Positions 1 to 9,289 of a stretch of DNA of 64,000 nucleotides are shown in pieces; the first letter of the stretch is position 1; every line of letters begins with the position of its first letter. The stretch is from an uncultured Gemmatimonadaceae bacterium (GTDB taxonomy: Bacteria > Gemmatimonadota > Gemmatimonadetes > Gemmatimonadales > Gemmatimonadaceae), in assembly GCA_963761305.1 (NCBI GenBank), contig CAVXGK010000001.1, forward strand, positions 992,001-1,056,000, given 5' to 3'. Position numbers and translations under genes: made by a program. The notes below the pieces were generated by a model. The model did no database searches, was not told the origin of the DNA, and saw nothing but the letters and a program-made list of their open reading frames with translations.

Positions 1-910
1 GGTACTTGCCCATCCGCTGAACCGCGGCGCCCGACGCGCCGCGGCCGGTGGATGTCGACTCGCCGACCGTGAAGCCGAGGTCGCGCGACGCGGAGACCCA
101 CGCGAATACCGGCTGCCGCACCAGCGACGATTGGGCGGCGCGCGCGTTGAGGAATTCCTCGATGGCATCGGGGCCGATGACCAGCTGCGGATCGCCGAAG
201 ACGATGCCCTCCGGATCGACCGTGTTCGAGAATGCGAACGCGACCCCCATGCGGTACGAGAGGTCCGAGAAAACGCTGTCGGCGGCGCGGAGCTTAGCGC
301 GTTCCTCGGCGTCGGCCTTCGACAGCCGTGTAGGCGGTGCTTCCGGCGGCGCGACGTCGCCGTCTCCACTTCGCGCCGCGTGCTCACGCGTCGGCGGCGA
401 CGATGTGGGACCGTTCACCTCCGAGTAGGCGGCGATCCGCCACGGCCCGCGGCGGTCTCGCTCCCAGAATGCGATATAGCGACCGACGCGGGGCGTCGCG
501 GCGGGCGTGGCGCGGACGGCGACGCCGAACGTGTACGCCGCGCGGAGGTCGTCCGATATGCCGCCGCCGAGCGGCTGCCATGACAATCGCGCTCCGGCCG
601 GCTCGACGGTAGCGCTGAAGACGGCGCGCGCCGCGTCGATTCCGACCGCGATCGGCGCCCCGGCGCGGAGATACACGACGTTCGTGTCGAGCAATGAAGT
701 GATTCCGTCCGGGAAGCCGTGCACGGCGACGCTGTCGGTGCGCGCTTCGTCGATGCGGAACAGACTGTCGCGAGCCGGCGCGCGCGCCGGCTCGGGGGTC
801 GTGTTTCCGCCGTGAAGAGTGCATCCGCACAACGCGACGGACGCGATCGCCGTGGTTGCCCGCATTGCCAAGACGCTACGGCGACCGGTCGTCACCCGCC
901 AGACCTGCAT
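1..910 (-). CDS. Lipoprotein with two NTF2-like/SnoaL (DUF4440-like) domains; partial, 3' end lies outside the window
   Basis: Absent from the ORF track because its stop is outside the window. Manual translation gives an open frame from ATG 910 (alternative ATG 865): MRATTAIASVALCGC lipobox-like leader, then LSWQP..GISDDLRAAYTFG..GRYIAFWERD..WRI, then a second copy VRQPVFAWVSASRDLGFTVG..GKY. Confidence 0.7.
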   Translation of the reverse strand, partial: MQVWRVTTGRRSVLAMRATTAIASVALCGCTLHGGNTTPEPARAPARDSLFRIDEARTDSVAVHGFPDGITSLLDTNVVYLRAGAPIAVGIDAARAVFSATVEPAGARLSWQPLGGGISDDLRAAYTFGVAVRATPAATPRVGRYIAFWERDRRGPWRIAAYSEVNGPTSSPPTREHAARSGDGDVAPPEAPPTRLSKADAEERAKLRAADSVFSDLSYRMGVAFAFSNTVDPEGIVFGDPQLVIGPDAIEEFLNARAAQSSLVRQPVFAWVSASRDLGFTVGESTSTGRGASGAAVQRMGKY

Positions 911-950
911 CGGCTCGTCACAGCGTGCGCTGCGGCGACGCCGGCTTGCG

Positions 951-1319
951 TCAGGTCGTTGCGTCGCCACGTCGCAAGCGTGGGGCGACTCGAACCGCCG
1001 TGCCATAACAGAGCACCTCGGTCACGCCGTCCATGATTTCCGTCGCGTCGTAGCGCACGGCGATCATCGCATTGCCTCCCATCGCGCGACAATGGTCGAT
1101 GGCCGCCGCGAATGCGTCGGCTCTCGCTCGCTCGCACAGGTCCGTGAGTATCGAAATGTCTCCACCCAAAAGCATCTGAAGCTTGGCCCCGAGGCGGCCG
1201 ATCACCGACCGAGACCGCACGATGATACCCCGGACGACACCGAACGTCTGCGTCACGTCGTAGCCGTCGATGACGTTCGACGTGGTCGTGATGAAATCGA
1301 CGCCTGGCAAGCTTGGCAT
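951..1319 (-). CDS. YbjQ/UPF0145 family protein (putative heavy-metal binding)
   Basis: FITTT..IDGYDV..TFGVVRG..GGDI..LCERARADA..GGNAMIAVRYD..EVLCYGTAV is the UPF0145 pattern. ATG 1319 is preceded by GAGGAA; the ORF track extends the start to 1346. Confidence 0.85.
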   Translation of the reverse strand: MPSLPGVDFITTTSNVIDGYDVTQTFGVVRGIIVRSRSVIGRLGAKLQMLLGGDISILTDLCERARADAFAAAIDHCRAMGGNAMIAVRYDATEIMDGVTEVLCYGTAVRVAPRLRRGDATT

Positions 1320-1433
1320 GACGTTCCTCTGGTTGTGGGCGCGCACGAATCAGCAACCGACACCGCGAGCGGACAAGACCCTATCCCGTGCGGCGACCAG
1401 AGCTTAGCTTCGTGGGACGTGTTTCCCGCCTGA

Positions 1434-2435
1434 ATGGACCTGCTCGAACGCCTTCAACTCTCGCTAGGTGACGCCTACCGCATCGAGCGCGAGCTCAAGG
1501 GTGGGGCGATGTCGCGCGTGTTCGTCGCGAGCGACACCACGCTCGGCCGAACGGTCGTCATCAAGACGCTGCCGCCGGCCCTCACAGCGGGTCTGAGCAC
1601 GGAGCGTTTTCGCCGGGAGATCCGGCTGCTGGCCGCCCTGACGCACCCGAACATCGTGCCGATTCTCTCGGCGGGTGAGCGCGACGGGCTGCTGTACTAC
1701 ATCATGCCGTACATCACGGCCGAGTCGCTGCGAGCGCGGCTGATTCGCGAGCCGACGCTCGCCCTGCCCGATGCGCTCAACGTGGCGATCGAGATCGCCG
1801 AAGCGCTCGATTACGCGCACCGGCAGGGCATCGTCCACCGCGACATCAAGCCCGAGAACATTCTTCTCGCCGACAACCACGCGATCATCTCCGACTTCGG
1901 CATCGCGCGGGCCATCTCGCGCGCCGGCGAGGGCGAGCGGCTCACGGCGATGGGCATGTCGGTCGGCACGCCGGGCTACATGAGCCCCGAGCAGGCGGCC
2001 GGTGAGCTCGACGTTGACGGCCGCGCCGACACGTACGCGCTCGGCTGCGTCCTGTACGAGATGGTCGCGGGTTCGCCGCCGTTCACCGGAAAGAGCGCCG
2101 CCGCTGTGATCGCGGCGCACATGGCGACGCCGGTGCCGTCGGTGCGCGCCGTTCGCTCGACGGCGCCGCAGAAGCTCGACGAAGTGCTCAACCGGGCGAT
2201 GGCGAAGTCACCCGAGGAGCGCTACGCGACCGCCGCGGCGTTCGTGCAAGCGCTGCGCGCCGTCGAAGCGCGGACGCGTCGCCCCGTCATCTCGCGGACG
2301 CCGGTCCCCGCGCCGACGCCGACGGCGATGCCCGTCGTGCAGGCGCCGGCGAGCCGGACGCCGTGGTACTTCGTTGCCGGCGCCGTCGTCGTGATCGCCG
2401 CGCTGGTGGCCGCGCTCGCGATCCGATCCCGCTGA
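1434..2435 (+). CDS. Hanks-type Ser/Thr protein kinase with C-terminal membrane anchor
   Basis: VVIK, HRDIKPEN, DFG and GTPGYMSPEQ motifs; C-terminal hydrophobic helix WYFVAGAVVVIAALVAALAI; no extracellular domain. Confidence 0.93.
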   Translation: MDLLERLQLSLGDAYRIERELKGGAMSRVFVASDTTLGRTVVIKTLPPALTAGLSTERFRREIRLLAALTHPNIVPILSAGERDGLLYYIMPYITAESLRARLIREPTLALPDALNVAIEIAEALDYAHRQGIVHRDIKPENILLADNHAIISDFGIARAISRAGEGERLTAMGMSVGTPGYMSPEQAAGELDVDGRADTYALGCVLYEMVAGSPPFTGKSAAAVIAAHMATPVPSVRAVRSTAPQKLDEVLNRAMAKSPEERYATAAAFVQALRAVEARTRRPVISRTPVPAPTPTAMPVVQAPASRTPWYFVAGAVVVIAALVAALAIRSR

Positions 2436-2447
2436 GCGGCGCGAGCC

Positions 2448-3623
2448 TTATTGCGACGCCGTGACCGGCGCCGCGAGCACCGTCCGGAACACGTCGACCG
2501 CCTTCTTCATCTGCGGCATCGTACCGACGGAGATGCGCGCGTAGTTCGCGAGTGACGGGAAGGCGCGGCCGATCGCCACCTTGTGCTTCACGCACTCGAG
2601 CTTGAACGCGTGTGCGTCGCGCCGGATGTCGACCATCATGAAGTTGGCGTCGGCGGCAGGCACCGTGTACCCGGCGCTCTCAAAGAACGAGCGCGTGAAG
2701 GCGCGTGCCTCCTCGTTCCGGTGCTGCTCCGAGGCCACGTGTGCGCCGTCGCCGACCGTCGCCGCGATGGCGGCGAGCGCGAGTTGGTTGACGTTCGAGC
2801 CGAGGAGCCACCGCCCCATCAACTTGAGCGTGTCCGGCTGGCCGATCGCGTACCCGGCGCGGAGCCCGGCCATGCCGAAGACTTTCGAAAATGTACGCGT
2901 GACGACGACGCGCGGATTGGCCAGCGCGATGGGGATCGCTGTCCGGTAGGACTTGGACGCGACGTATTCGTGATAGGCTTCGTCGACCAGAATCACGGTC
3001 TCCGGCGACGCGCGATTCACTGCCTCGACGAACGACGCCACGTCGTCCCCGCCATGCACGCTCGCCGTGGGGTTGTTCGGATTGCAGAAGTACACGAGTC
3101 CGGCGCCGCGCGACGCGGCGACGATGGCGTCGAGATCGAGCCTGAGCTTGCCGTCGACGGGAGGCGCAACCACGGGATGCTGGAGGAACCGCGCAAAGTT
3201 GGTCGGCGCCTCGAAGGTCGGTTCTGGGGCAACGAGCGCCCGATCGGGGGTCGTGAACGCCATGACGGCCGCGCGAAGCAGCTCGCCGGACCCGCATCCG
3301 AGTATGACGCTCGACGGCGCTACGCCGCGCGCCTTGGCGATCATCGCGATGGCGTCGTCTTCTTCCTTGACCGGGTATCGGTTGGCGTGGCCGAACGCGT
3401 TCGACACCGCGTCGAGCGCGCGGCGGCCGGGGCCATTCGGGTTCTCGTTGCTGTCGATCCGGATCATTCCCGGTGCCGAGGCGAGCAAGCGGTCGGCGCG
3501 TCGCTCGGGTTGGCCTTGAGCCAGGAGCGCCTCGTGGCCCTGCCACCGAATGAGTGGCGCCGTGAGCAGACCGGCGGTCCCTGCTCCGAGGCTGGCGACG
3601 AACGAACGGCGCGACACGGACAT
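2448..3623 (-). CDS. PLP-dependent class I/II aminotransferase, HisC-like, with twin-arginine (Tat) signal
   Basis: SNENP, GCGSGELL, CNPNNPT, VDEAY and TFSKVFGMAGLRAG (PLP lysine); N-terminal SRRSF followed by a hydrophobic stretch. Confidence 0.85.
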   Translation of the reverse strand: MSVSRRSFVASLGAGTAGLLTAPLIRWQGHEALLAQGQPERRADRLLASAPGMIRIDSNENPNGPGRRALDAVSNAFGHANRYPVKEEDDAIAMIAKARGVAPSSVILGCGSGELLRAAVMAFTTPDRALVAPEPTFEAPTNFARFLQHPVVAPPVDGKLRLDLDAIVAASRGAGLVYFCNPNNPTASVHGGDDVASFVEAVNRASPETVILVDEAYHEYVASKSYRTAIPIALANPRVVVTRTFSKVFGMAGLRAGYAIGQPDTLKLMGRWLLGSNVNQLALAAIAATVGDGAHVASEQHRNEEARAFTRSFFESAGYTVPAADANFMMVDIRRDAHAFKLECVKHKVAIGRAFPSLANYARISVGTMPQMKKAVDVFRTVLAAPVTASQ

Positions 3624-3885
3624 GGCGAGGCTCCCGATGGAGGCTTGGCCGAGTATAGCGCGGTTCGGCCGCCTGCACCACGGGCGGGCGAATCGACCGG
3701 ATTTCGGCGGGTAGTATGCGTATCGGCGACGTCGTGTTGCAGTTCCGATGTGTGCCTTGGATCACTCTTTTGCAGGGCACGACTTCTGCGGCCGATGAGT
3801 CCGCGCAACAGGGTAGACTCCTGCAGTGCGAACGTGTATTTCACTACAGTTGCGTTGGGTTTCTCTCGGGAGTCGTCGCGGAGTC

Positions 3886-4578
3886 ATGTTCGGTGCCCTC
3901 GTCGTCGGTCTGCTGGTTTCCGCGCTCGCGGCCGGAGCGATCGCCATCGTGAGAGCCTGGTATCAAAGCCGGGGGGCGCGCGCGCGTGACGTTTTCCCGT
4001 TGCTCGTGATCCCTCATTCGACAACGCACGTGGAGCCGATGATCGGCCCCGACACGTTTTCGCCGGTGCAGGCCGCGCCCGTGCGTGCCGCGAACGGCTC
4101 GCGCCCGCTGCGTTCGCCGGGACGTCCGGCCGCTGGTGAAACGCTCGTGTTCGACGACGCGCGCTTCGCCGACGTCAATGCCGTGCCGGTGCGCGGCGCC
4201 AATTCCGAGACGGTGAGGTTCCTGCGGCCCGGCGAAGAACAGATTCAGATTCTCCCCGGGCGTCTGGAAGTGCTGGCGGGCGAGCCGGGCCATCGCGAGA
4301 TCCGATTCGTGCGCTCCCCCGGCGAGCCGGCGGAGCTCATCCTCGGACGCGACCCCGGCCCGTCGCCGCATGCGATCGCGCTGCACTCCGACACAGTCAG
4401 CCGCCGCCATGCGCGATTCGCGTTTGCTGATGGGCGCTGGTCGGTGACGAACCTGTCGCGCACCAACCCGGTGGTCGTGAACGACGAACGAATGCACGAC
4501 GACTCGATCGAACGTCCGCTCGCCGACGGCGACCGCCTCGAACTCGGCGAAGTCGTCCTGCGGTTCCGCGCGCGGTAG
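3886..4578 (+). CDS. Membrane-anchored FHA-domain protein
   Basis: ATG 3886 after GGAG; N-terminal TM helix; C-terminal FHA motifs ILGR, VSRRHA, SRTNPVVVN and LADGDRLELG. Confidence 0.88.
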   Translation: MFGALVVGLLVSALAAGAIAIVRAWYQSRGARARDVFPLLVIPHSTTHVEPMIGPDTFSPVQAAPVRAANGSRPLRSPGRPAAGETLVFDDARFADVNAVPVRGANSETVRFLRPGEEQIQILPGRLEVLAGEPGHREIRFVRSPGEPAELILGRDPGPSPHAIALHSDTVSRRHARFAFADGRWSVTNLSRTNPVVVNDERMHDDSIERPLADGDRLELGEVVLRFRAR

Positions 4579-4627
4579 CGCGCCGTCCGCCCATGAACGT
4601 GGCCGTCGTCCCCGCCCTTCGCGATCG

Positions 4628-7342
4628 ATGACCAACGACCGTGCTTCGCCAGGCCTGTCGGCCCTCGAACCCGCCTACGAGATCATCCGCGAGATCGGAC
4701 GCGGCGGGACGTCGGTCGTGTACCTCGCGCAGGAGCGCGCGACGCGGGCCGAGGTGGCGATCAAGCTCATTCGCGCGAAGTACGTCGCTGATGAAGAGGC
4801 GCTGGGCCGCTTCGCGCGCGAAGCCCGATTCCTGGAGCGCCTGGTGCATCCCAACATCGTGCGCGTCCGCGACGTGCTCGAGCTCGGTGATGCCGGGCTC
4901 GCCATCGTCATGGCGCACGTGCCGGGGCGCACGCTCAAGGAATTGATTCGCCAGGAAGGCCGGCTCACGGCCGAACGCACGGAACGGTTCACGCGCGACA
5001 TCGCCCGAGCCCTCGGCGCCGCGCACGCGATGGGAATCGTCCACCGCGACGTGAAGCCGGAAAACGTATTCGTGGACGCCGACGACCGTCCGCTGTTGGC
5101 CGACTTCGGCCTGGCGCGGTCGATGAGCAGCGATTCACAGCTCACGATGGCGGGGGTCGCGATCGGCACGCCGGCGTACATGCCGCCGGAACAGATCGAG
5201 GGCGCGACGCTCGACGCGCGCGGCGACGTCTACAGCCTCGGGCTCGTCGCGTGGGAGATGCTTTCGGGCCGTCGGCCGTGGGAGGGTGAAAGCCTCTACG
5301 CGGTGCTCTACCACCAGCGGTACGAGCAGTTGCCCGACGTGCGGGATCTCCGCGATGACGTTCCCGATTCGCTCGCTGACACCATCGCGGTGGCAATCGA
5401 AAAGCATCCGTCGATGCGCTGGCAGAACGCGACGCAGATGATCGAAGCGCTCGACGGCGCCGCGCCGCCGCAACGCTCACCGCGCCGGCCGCAGCCGTCG
5501 TCCGACACTGTGCGCTTCATGCGCCCGTCGGCCGCGGCGCTCAAGGTCGACTCCTGGATCAGCGAGCCGCCGCCGGCCGCCACGGCGCATCCACCGCCGC
5601 CGCTTTCGCCGCCGCGCGGCACAGCACCCGTCGCCGGGCGCGGCGCCGTTCCGGTCGTCGAGCTCGGCCCCGCCTCGTTTCCGCCGGGAGCGGCGCGGCC
5701 GCGGCATGACACGGTCACGCCGAACACGTTCGCCGCGCTCGCGGCGGAGCTCGACGCGCAGGACGAAGTGCCGGTCTCGCGGTCGCGACGACGCTACGTC
5801 ATCGCCTTCGGCGGAATCGCCGCACTGGCCACGCTCGGCGTCGTCGCCGTCAACGTGCAAGGCCGCTCGAGCGATGCTCACCGCTTGCCGGTTCTCGTCC
5901 AACGCGACTTCGCGATCAACGATTCCGCCGGCAGGGCGCTGCCCCAAACGAAACCGGCCGTCACGCCGCCGGCCGATTCGGTCGACTCGAGCGCAATGGC
6001 TCCGCAGGTCGCTCCGGCGCCGAGCGTCGCGTCGTCGAATGAGGCGCCGCCACAACTGCCCGAAACGCGGAAGTCGCCGCCGCCGACGCATCTCCCGGCG
6101 TCGACGTCCGACCGGCCCGGCAAGACTGTCGCGACGGCGGCGACCGACACGAAACCCGCGGACAAGAAAACGGCGACGACGTCCGGCGAAACCGTCCGAG
6201 ACAAATCGACCCCCAAGCCGCCCGACAAGCCTGTCGCGAAACCGATCGACAATCCGGCGCCGGCGGTCGATCCGCCGGTCGTCAGCCCGCGAGTGACCGT
6301 CGCCGCGGGCGGATTGCATTCGTGCATGCTCAACGCCGACGGCCGCGCCTACTGCTGGGGTGGCAACGATCGCGGACAACTCGGCGCCGGCGGAGCCAAT
6401 TCGGTGGCGACGCCGCTGGCGGTGTCGGGAGACGTCCGATTCACGATGATCGCGACCGGACTCTCGCACAGTTGCGCCGTCGCGCGCGGCGGCGGTGCGT
6501 GGTGCTGGGGCGAGAACGAGCGCGGCCAGCTGGGCGACCGGACGACGATGGCACATCAGGCGCCGATGCGCGTGGCGGACATTCGCATGTTCACGGCGAT
6601 CAGCGTCGGCGCGGCGCACAGTTGCGCACTCGACAGCCAAGGCGAGGCGTGGTGCTGGGGCTCGAACGCCCACGGACAGCTGGGGTCCGACGGCACGACC
6701 GTCGAGATCGGCGCGTCGACGCTCACTTCCGGCGACCATCACTTCAACAGCATTTCGCTCGGTTGGAATTTCAGCTGCGCGCTCGACACGGGCCATGCGT
6801 ACTGTTGGGGCGAGAACGCCAACGGACAACTCGGCGATGGGTCGATCACCGAGCATCGCGTTCCGACCGCGGTGGCGGGCGGGCTGACGTTCAAATCGAT
6901 CGCGACCGGCGCCACGCATGCCTGCGGCATCACGCAGAGCGGCGAAGCGTATTGCTGGGGGAACAACGTCGGCGGGCAGTTGGGCGACGGCACGCGCGTG
7001 GGCCATGAGACGCCGGCCGCCGTGAAGACGTCGCTCCGATTCGTGACGATCGCCGCGGGCGCGCTGCACACGTGCGCGCTGACGGCGGACGGCGGGGCGT
7101 TTTGTTGGGGACGGGACAACTACGGCCAGCTCGGCAACGGGGCGATGTCCCAGGACTCCATGGAGCCGGTGCGCGTGGCCGGCGACCACGCGTTCGCCAC
7201 GGTGCACGCGTTCGGATCGCACACCTGCGGAACGACGGCAGCCGGCGATCTGTTTTGCTGGGGCTACAATCTCGACGGCCAGCTGGGCGACGGCTCGCGG
7301 GTGAATCGGTCGAAGCCCGCGTACGTCGAACCGCCCGGCTGA
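4628..7342 (+). CDS. Receptor-type Ser/Thr kinase: kinase - TM - Pro/Thr/Lys linker - RCC1-repeat beta-propeller
   Basis: GRGG loop, VAIK, HRDVKPEN, DFG, GTPAYMPPEQ; TM YVIAFGGIAALATLGVVAV; seven H-[ST]-C...CWG.N..GQLG RCC1-type repeats. Confidence 0.92.
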   Translation: MTNDRASPGLSALEPAYEIIREIGRGGTSVVYLAQERATRAEVAIKLIRAKYVADEEALGRFAREARFLERLVHPNIVRVRDVLELGDAGLAIVMAHVPGRTLKELIRQEGRLTAERTERFTRDIARALGAAHAMGIVHRDVKPENVFVDADDRPLLADFGLARSMSSDSQLTMAGVAIGTPAYMPPEQIEGATLDARGDVYSLGLVAWEMLSGRRPWEGESLYAVLYHQRYEQLPDVRDLRDDVPDSLADTIAVAIEKHPSMRWQNATQMIEALDGAAPPQRSPRRPQPSSDTVRFMRPSAAALKVDSWISEPPPAATAHPPPPLSPPRGTAPVAGRGAVPVVELGPASFPPGAARPRHDTVTPNTFAALAAELDAQDEVPVSRSRRRYVIAFGGIAALATLGVVAVNVQGRSSDAHRLPVLVQRDFAINDSAGRALPQTKPAVTPPADSVDSSAMAPQVAPAPSVASSNEAPPQLPETRKSPPPTHLPASTSDRPGKTVATAATDTKPADKKTATTSGETVRDKSTPKPPDKPVAKPIDNPAPAVDPPVVSPRVTVAAGGLHSCMLNADGRAYCWGGNDRGQLGAGGANSVATPLAVSGDVRFTMIATGLSHSCAVARGGGAWCWGENERGQLGDRTTMAHQAPMRVADIRMFTAISVGAAHSCALDSQGEAWCWGSNAHGQLGSDGTTVEIGASTLTSGDHHFNSISLGWNFSCALDTGHAYCWGENANGQLGDGSITEHRVPTAVAGGLTFKSIATGATHACGITQSGEAYCWGNNVGGQLGDGTRVGHETPAAVKTSLRFVTIAAGALHTCALTADGGAFCWGRDNYGQLGNGAMSQDSMEPVRVAGDHAFATVHAFGSHTCGTTAAGDLFCWGYNLDGQLGDGSRVNRSKPAYVEPPG

Positions 7343-9288
7343 TGCAGGCCAGCGTCGCCGGTAAGGCTTCCATCACGCCTGCCGTTCGACGAGCCGCCAC
7401 GTGGCTCGTCGGAATCGTGGTGGCCGGTTGCACGAGTGTGCAGACCGACACCGTGAACGGCGGCACGGTCGCTTCCGTTTCGGTCGCGCCGCCGACGACC
7501 ACGTTGTCGCTCGGATCGCAGGTCCCACTGCAAGCCGTGGTGCAGGACGCATCGGGCAACCCGGTCACCGGGGCGGACGTCTTCTGGTCCGTCCGCGATC
7601 CGAACATCGCGACGGTTTCCAGCGTGGGCGTCGTGACCGGCCTCGCGCTCGGCTCGACGCAGGTCGCGGCCAGCTCGAACGGCAAGTCGGGCATCGCCAC
7701 GATCACCGTGCAGAAGACGCCGGTGGCGAGCGTCGTCGTCACGCCGCCCCACGTCGACGCCGCGCCGGGCGTGCACACGCCCCTCACCGCGACGGCGTAC
7801 GACGCGGCGCAGAATCCGTTGACCGACCGCGTGATCACGTGGAGCACGAGCAGCGCGAGCGTCGCGACGGTCGACGCCAACGGCATGATGATCGCCGTCG
7901 GCCCGGGCAACGCGACGATCACGGCGACCTCGGAAGGCAAGAGCGGCACGGCGACGGTGACCGTGTCGCAGGCGCCCGTGGCGACGGTGGCGGTGACGCC
8001 AAGTCCGCTCTCGATGTCGGTGGGTCAATCGACGCAGCTCACGGCCACGCTCAAGGATGCGCAGGGCAACATCCTGAACGGCCGCGCCGTCACCTGGTCC
8101 AGCTCGAACTCCGGGGTCGCGACGGTGTCGGCCCAAGGTCTGGTGACAGCGGTCGCCGCGGGCGCCACGACGATCACGGCGACCAGCGAAACCAAGACGG
8201 GCAGCGACGCGGTGACGATCTCCAACGTGGCCGTCGGCTCGGTCGTCGTGCAGCCGCAGGGGCCGACGATCTTGCAGGGCACGAACGTGCAGCTCAGCGC
8301 GACGGTCCGCGACGTCAACGGCAACATCGTCACGGACCGCGTCGTGACCTGGACGTCGGCCAACACCTCAGTGGCGACGGTTTCGACGTCCGGAGTCGTG
8401 ACTGGCATAGGTTCCGGACAAGTCACGATCACCGCCACCAGCGAGGGCAAATCTGGAACGACGTCGGTCACCGTGACGCCGATCCCGGTCGCGAGCGTCG
8501 CGATTCAGCCGCCGAGCCCTGATACAGTGTTCATCGGCTACACGGCGCAGCTGACCGCCGTGACGAAAGACTCGGCGGGGGCAACCCTCCTCGGTCGGAC
8601 GATCGTCTGGCATTCCGACAACCCCGCGATCGCGACGATCGACGCGACCGGTCTCGTTACGGGTGTCGCCGCGTCGACGACGACGATCACGGCGACGAGC
8701 GAAGGCAAGACTGGATCCGCAACGCTAGTTTCCATGAAGGCGCCCGTAGGAAGCGTGGTCATCGCCCCGACAGTCGACTCGGTGACCGCCGCGGTCACGG
8801 CGCAGTTCACGGCCACCATCCGGGACGCGAAGGGCACGATCGTGACTGACCGGGCGATCAGCTGGAGCAGCAACCAGCCGACGCTCGTCAACGTCGCGCC
8901 GAACAACAATCCGACGGTGGTCGTTTCCGCAAGGAACAAGTCTCTGGGGCAAGTACTGATCATCGCCGCATCCGAGACGAAGGCCGATACGGCAACGGTG
9001 AACGTCATCGACGCCGTGGCGACGGTTCAGGTCACACCGATGAACCCGAACCTCAGTCTTGCGAGCAATCCGACCGTCCAACTCACCGCCACGTGCAGGG
9101 ACATGGCCAATACCGTCGTGACGGGTCGCACGATCAAATGGAGTTCGGCCAATCCAGCCATCGCGACGGTCGACGCGAATGGGCTGGTGACGGCGAAGAG
9201 CGTGGGCATGGTGCAGATCACGGCCACCCCTGTCTTCGACGTCGCCGGCGTGGCATCTCCGCCGGTCACGGTCAAGGTCACACCCTGA
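7342..9288 (+). CDS. Lipoprotein of about 7 tandem bacterial Ig-like (Big_2) domains
   Basis: ATG overlaps the kinase stop (TGATG); lipobox IVVAGC; repeated ~85-aa units with V.W.SS...ATV...G.VTAV..G.ATITATSEGKSG. Confidence 0.88.
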   Translation: MQASVAGKASITPAVRRAATWLVGIVVAGCTSVQTDTVNGGTVASVSVAPPTTTLSLGSQVPLQAVVQDASGNPVTGADVFWSVRDPNIATVSSVGVVTGLALGSTQVAASSNGKSGIATITVQKTPVASVVVTPPHVDAAPGVHTPLTATAYDAAQNPLTDRVITWSTSSASVATVDANGMMIAVGPGNATITATSEGKSGTATVTVSQAPVATVAVTPSPLSMSVGQSTQLTATLKDAQGNILNGRAVTWSSSNSGVATVSAQGLVTAVAAGATTITATSETKTGSDAVTISNVAVGSVVVQPQGPTILQGTNVQLSATVRDVNGNIVTDRVVTWTSANTSVATVSTSGVVTGIGSGQVTITATSEGKSGTTSVTVTPIPVASVAIQPPSPDTVFIGYTAQLTAVTKDSAGATLLGRTIVWHSDNPAIATIDATGLVTGVAASTTTITATSEGKTGSATLVSMKAPVGSVVIAPTVDSVTAAVTAQFTATIRDAKGTIVTDRAISWSSNQPTLVNVAPNNNPTVVVSARNKSLGQVLIIAASETKADTATVNVIDAVATVQVTPMNPNLSLASNPTVQLTATCRDMANTVVTGRTIKWSSANPAIATVDANGLVTAKSVGMVQITATPVFDVAGVASPPVTVKVTP

Positions 9289-9289
9289 G

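Noticed and set aside
5477..7222. 581-aa minus-strand ORF (and similar long ORFs at 9278-11980, 21588-24329, 34532-36970 and 60710-63049)
   Set aside because: Arg/Gly-rich antisense shadows of well-supported genes. High GC and codon bias suppress stop codons, and they contain no family motifs.
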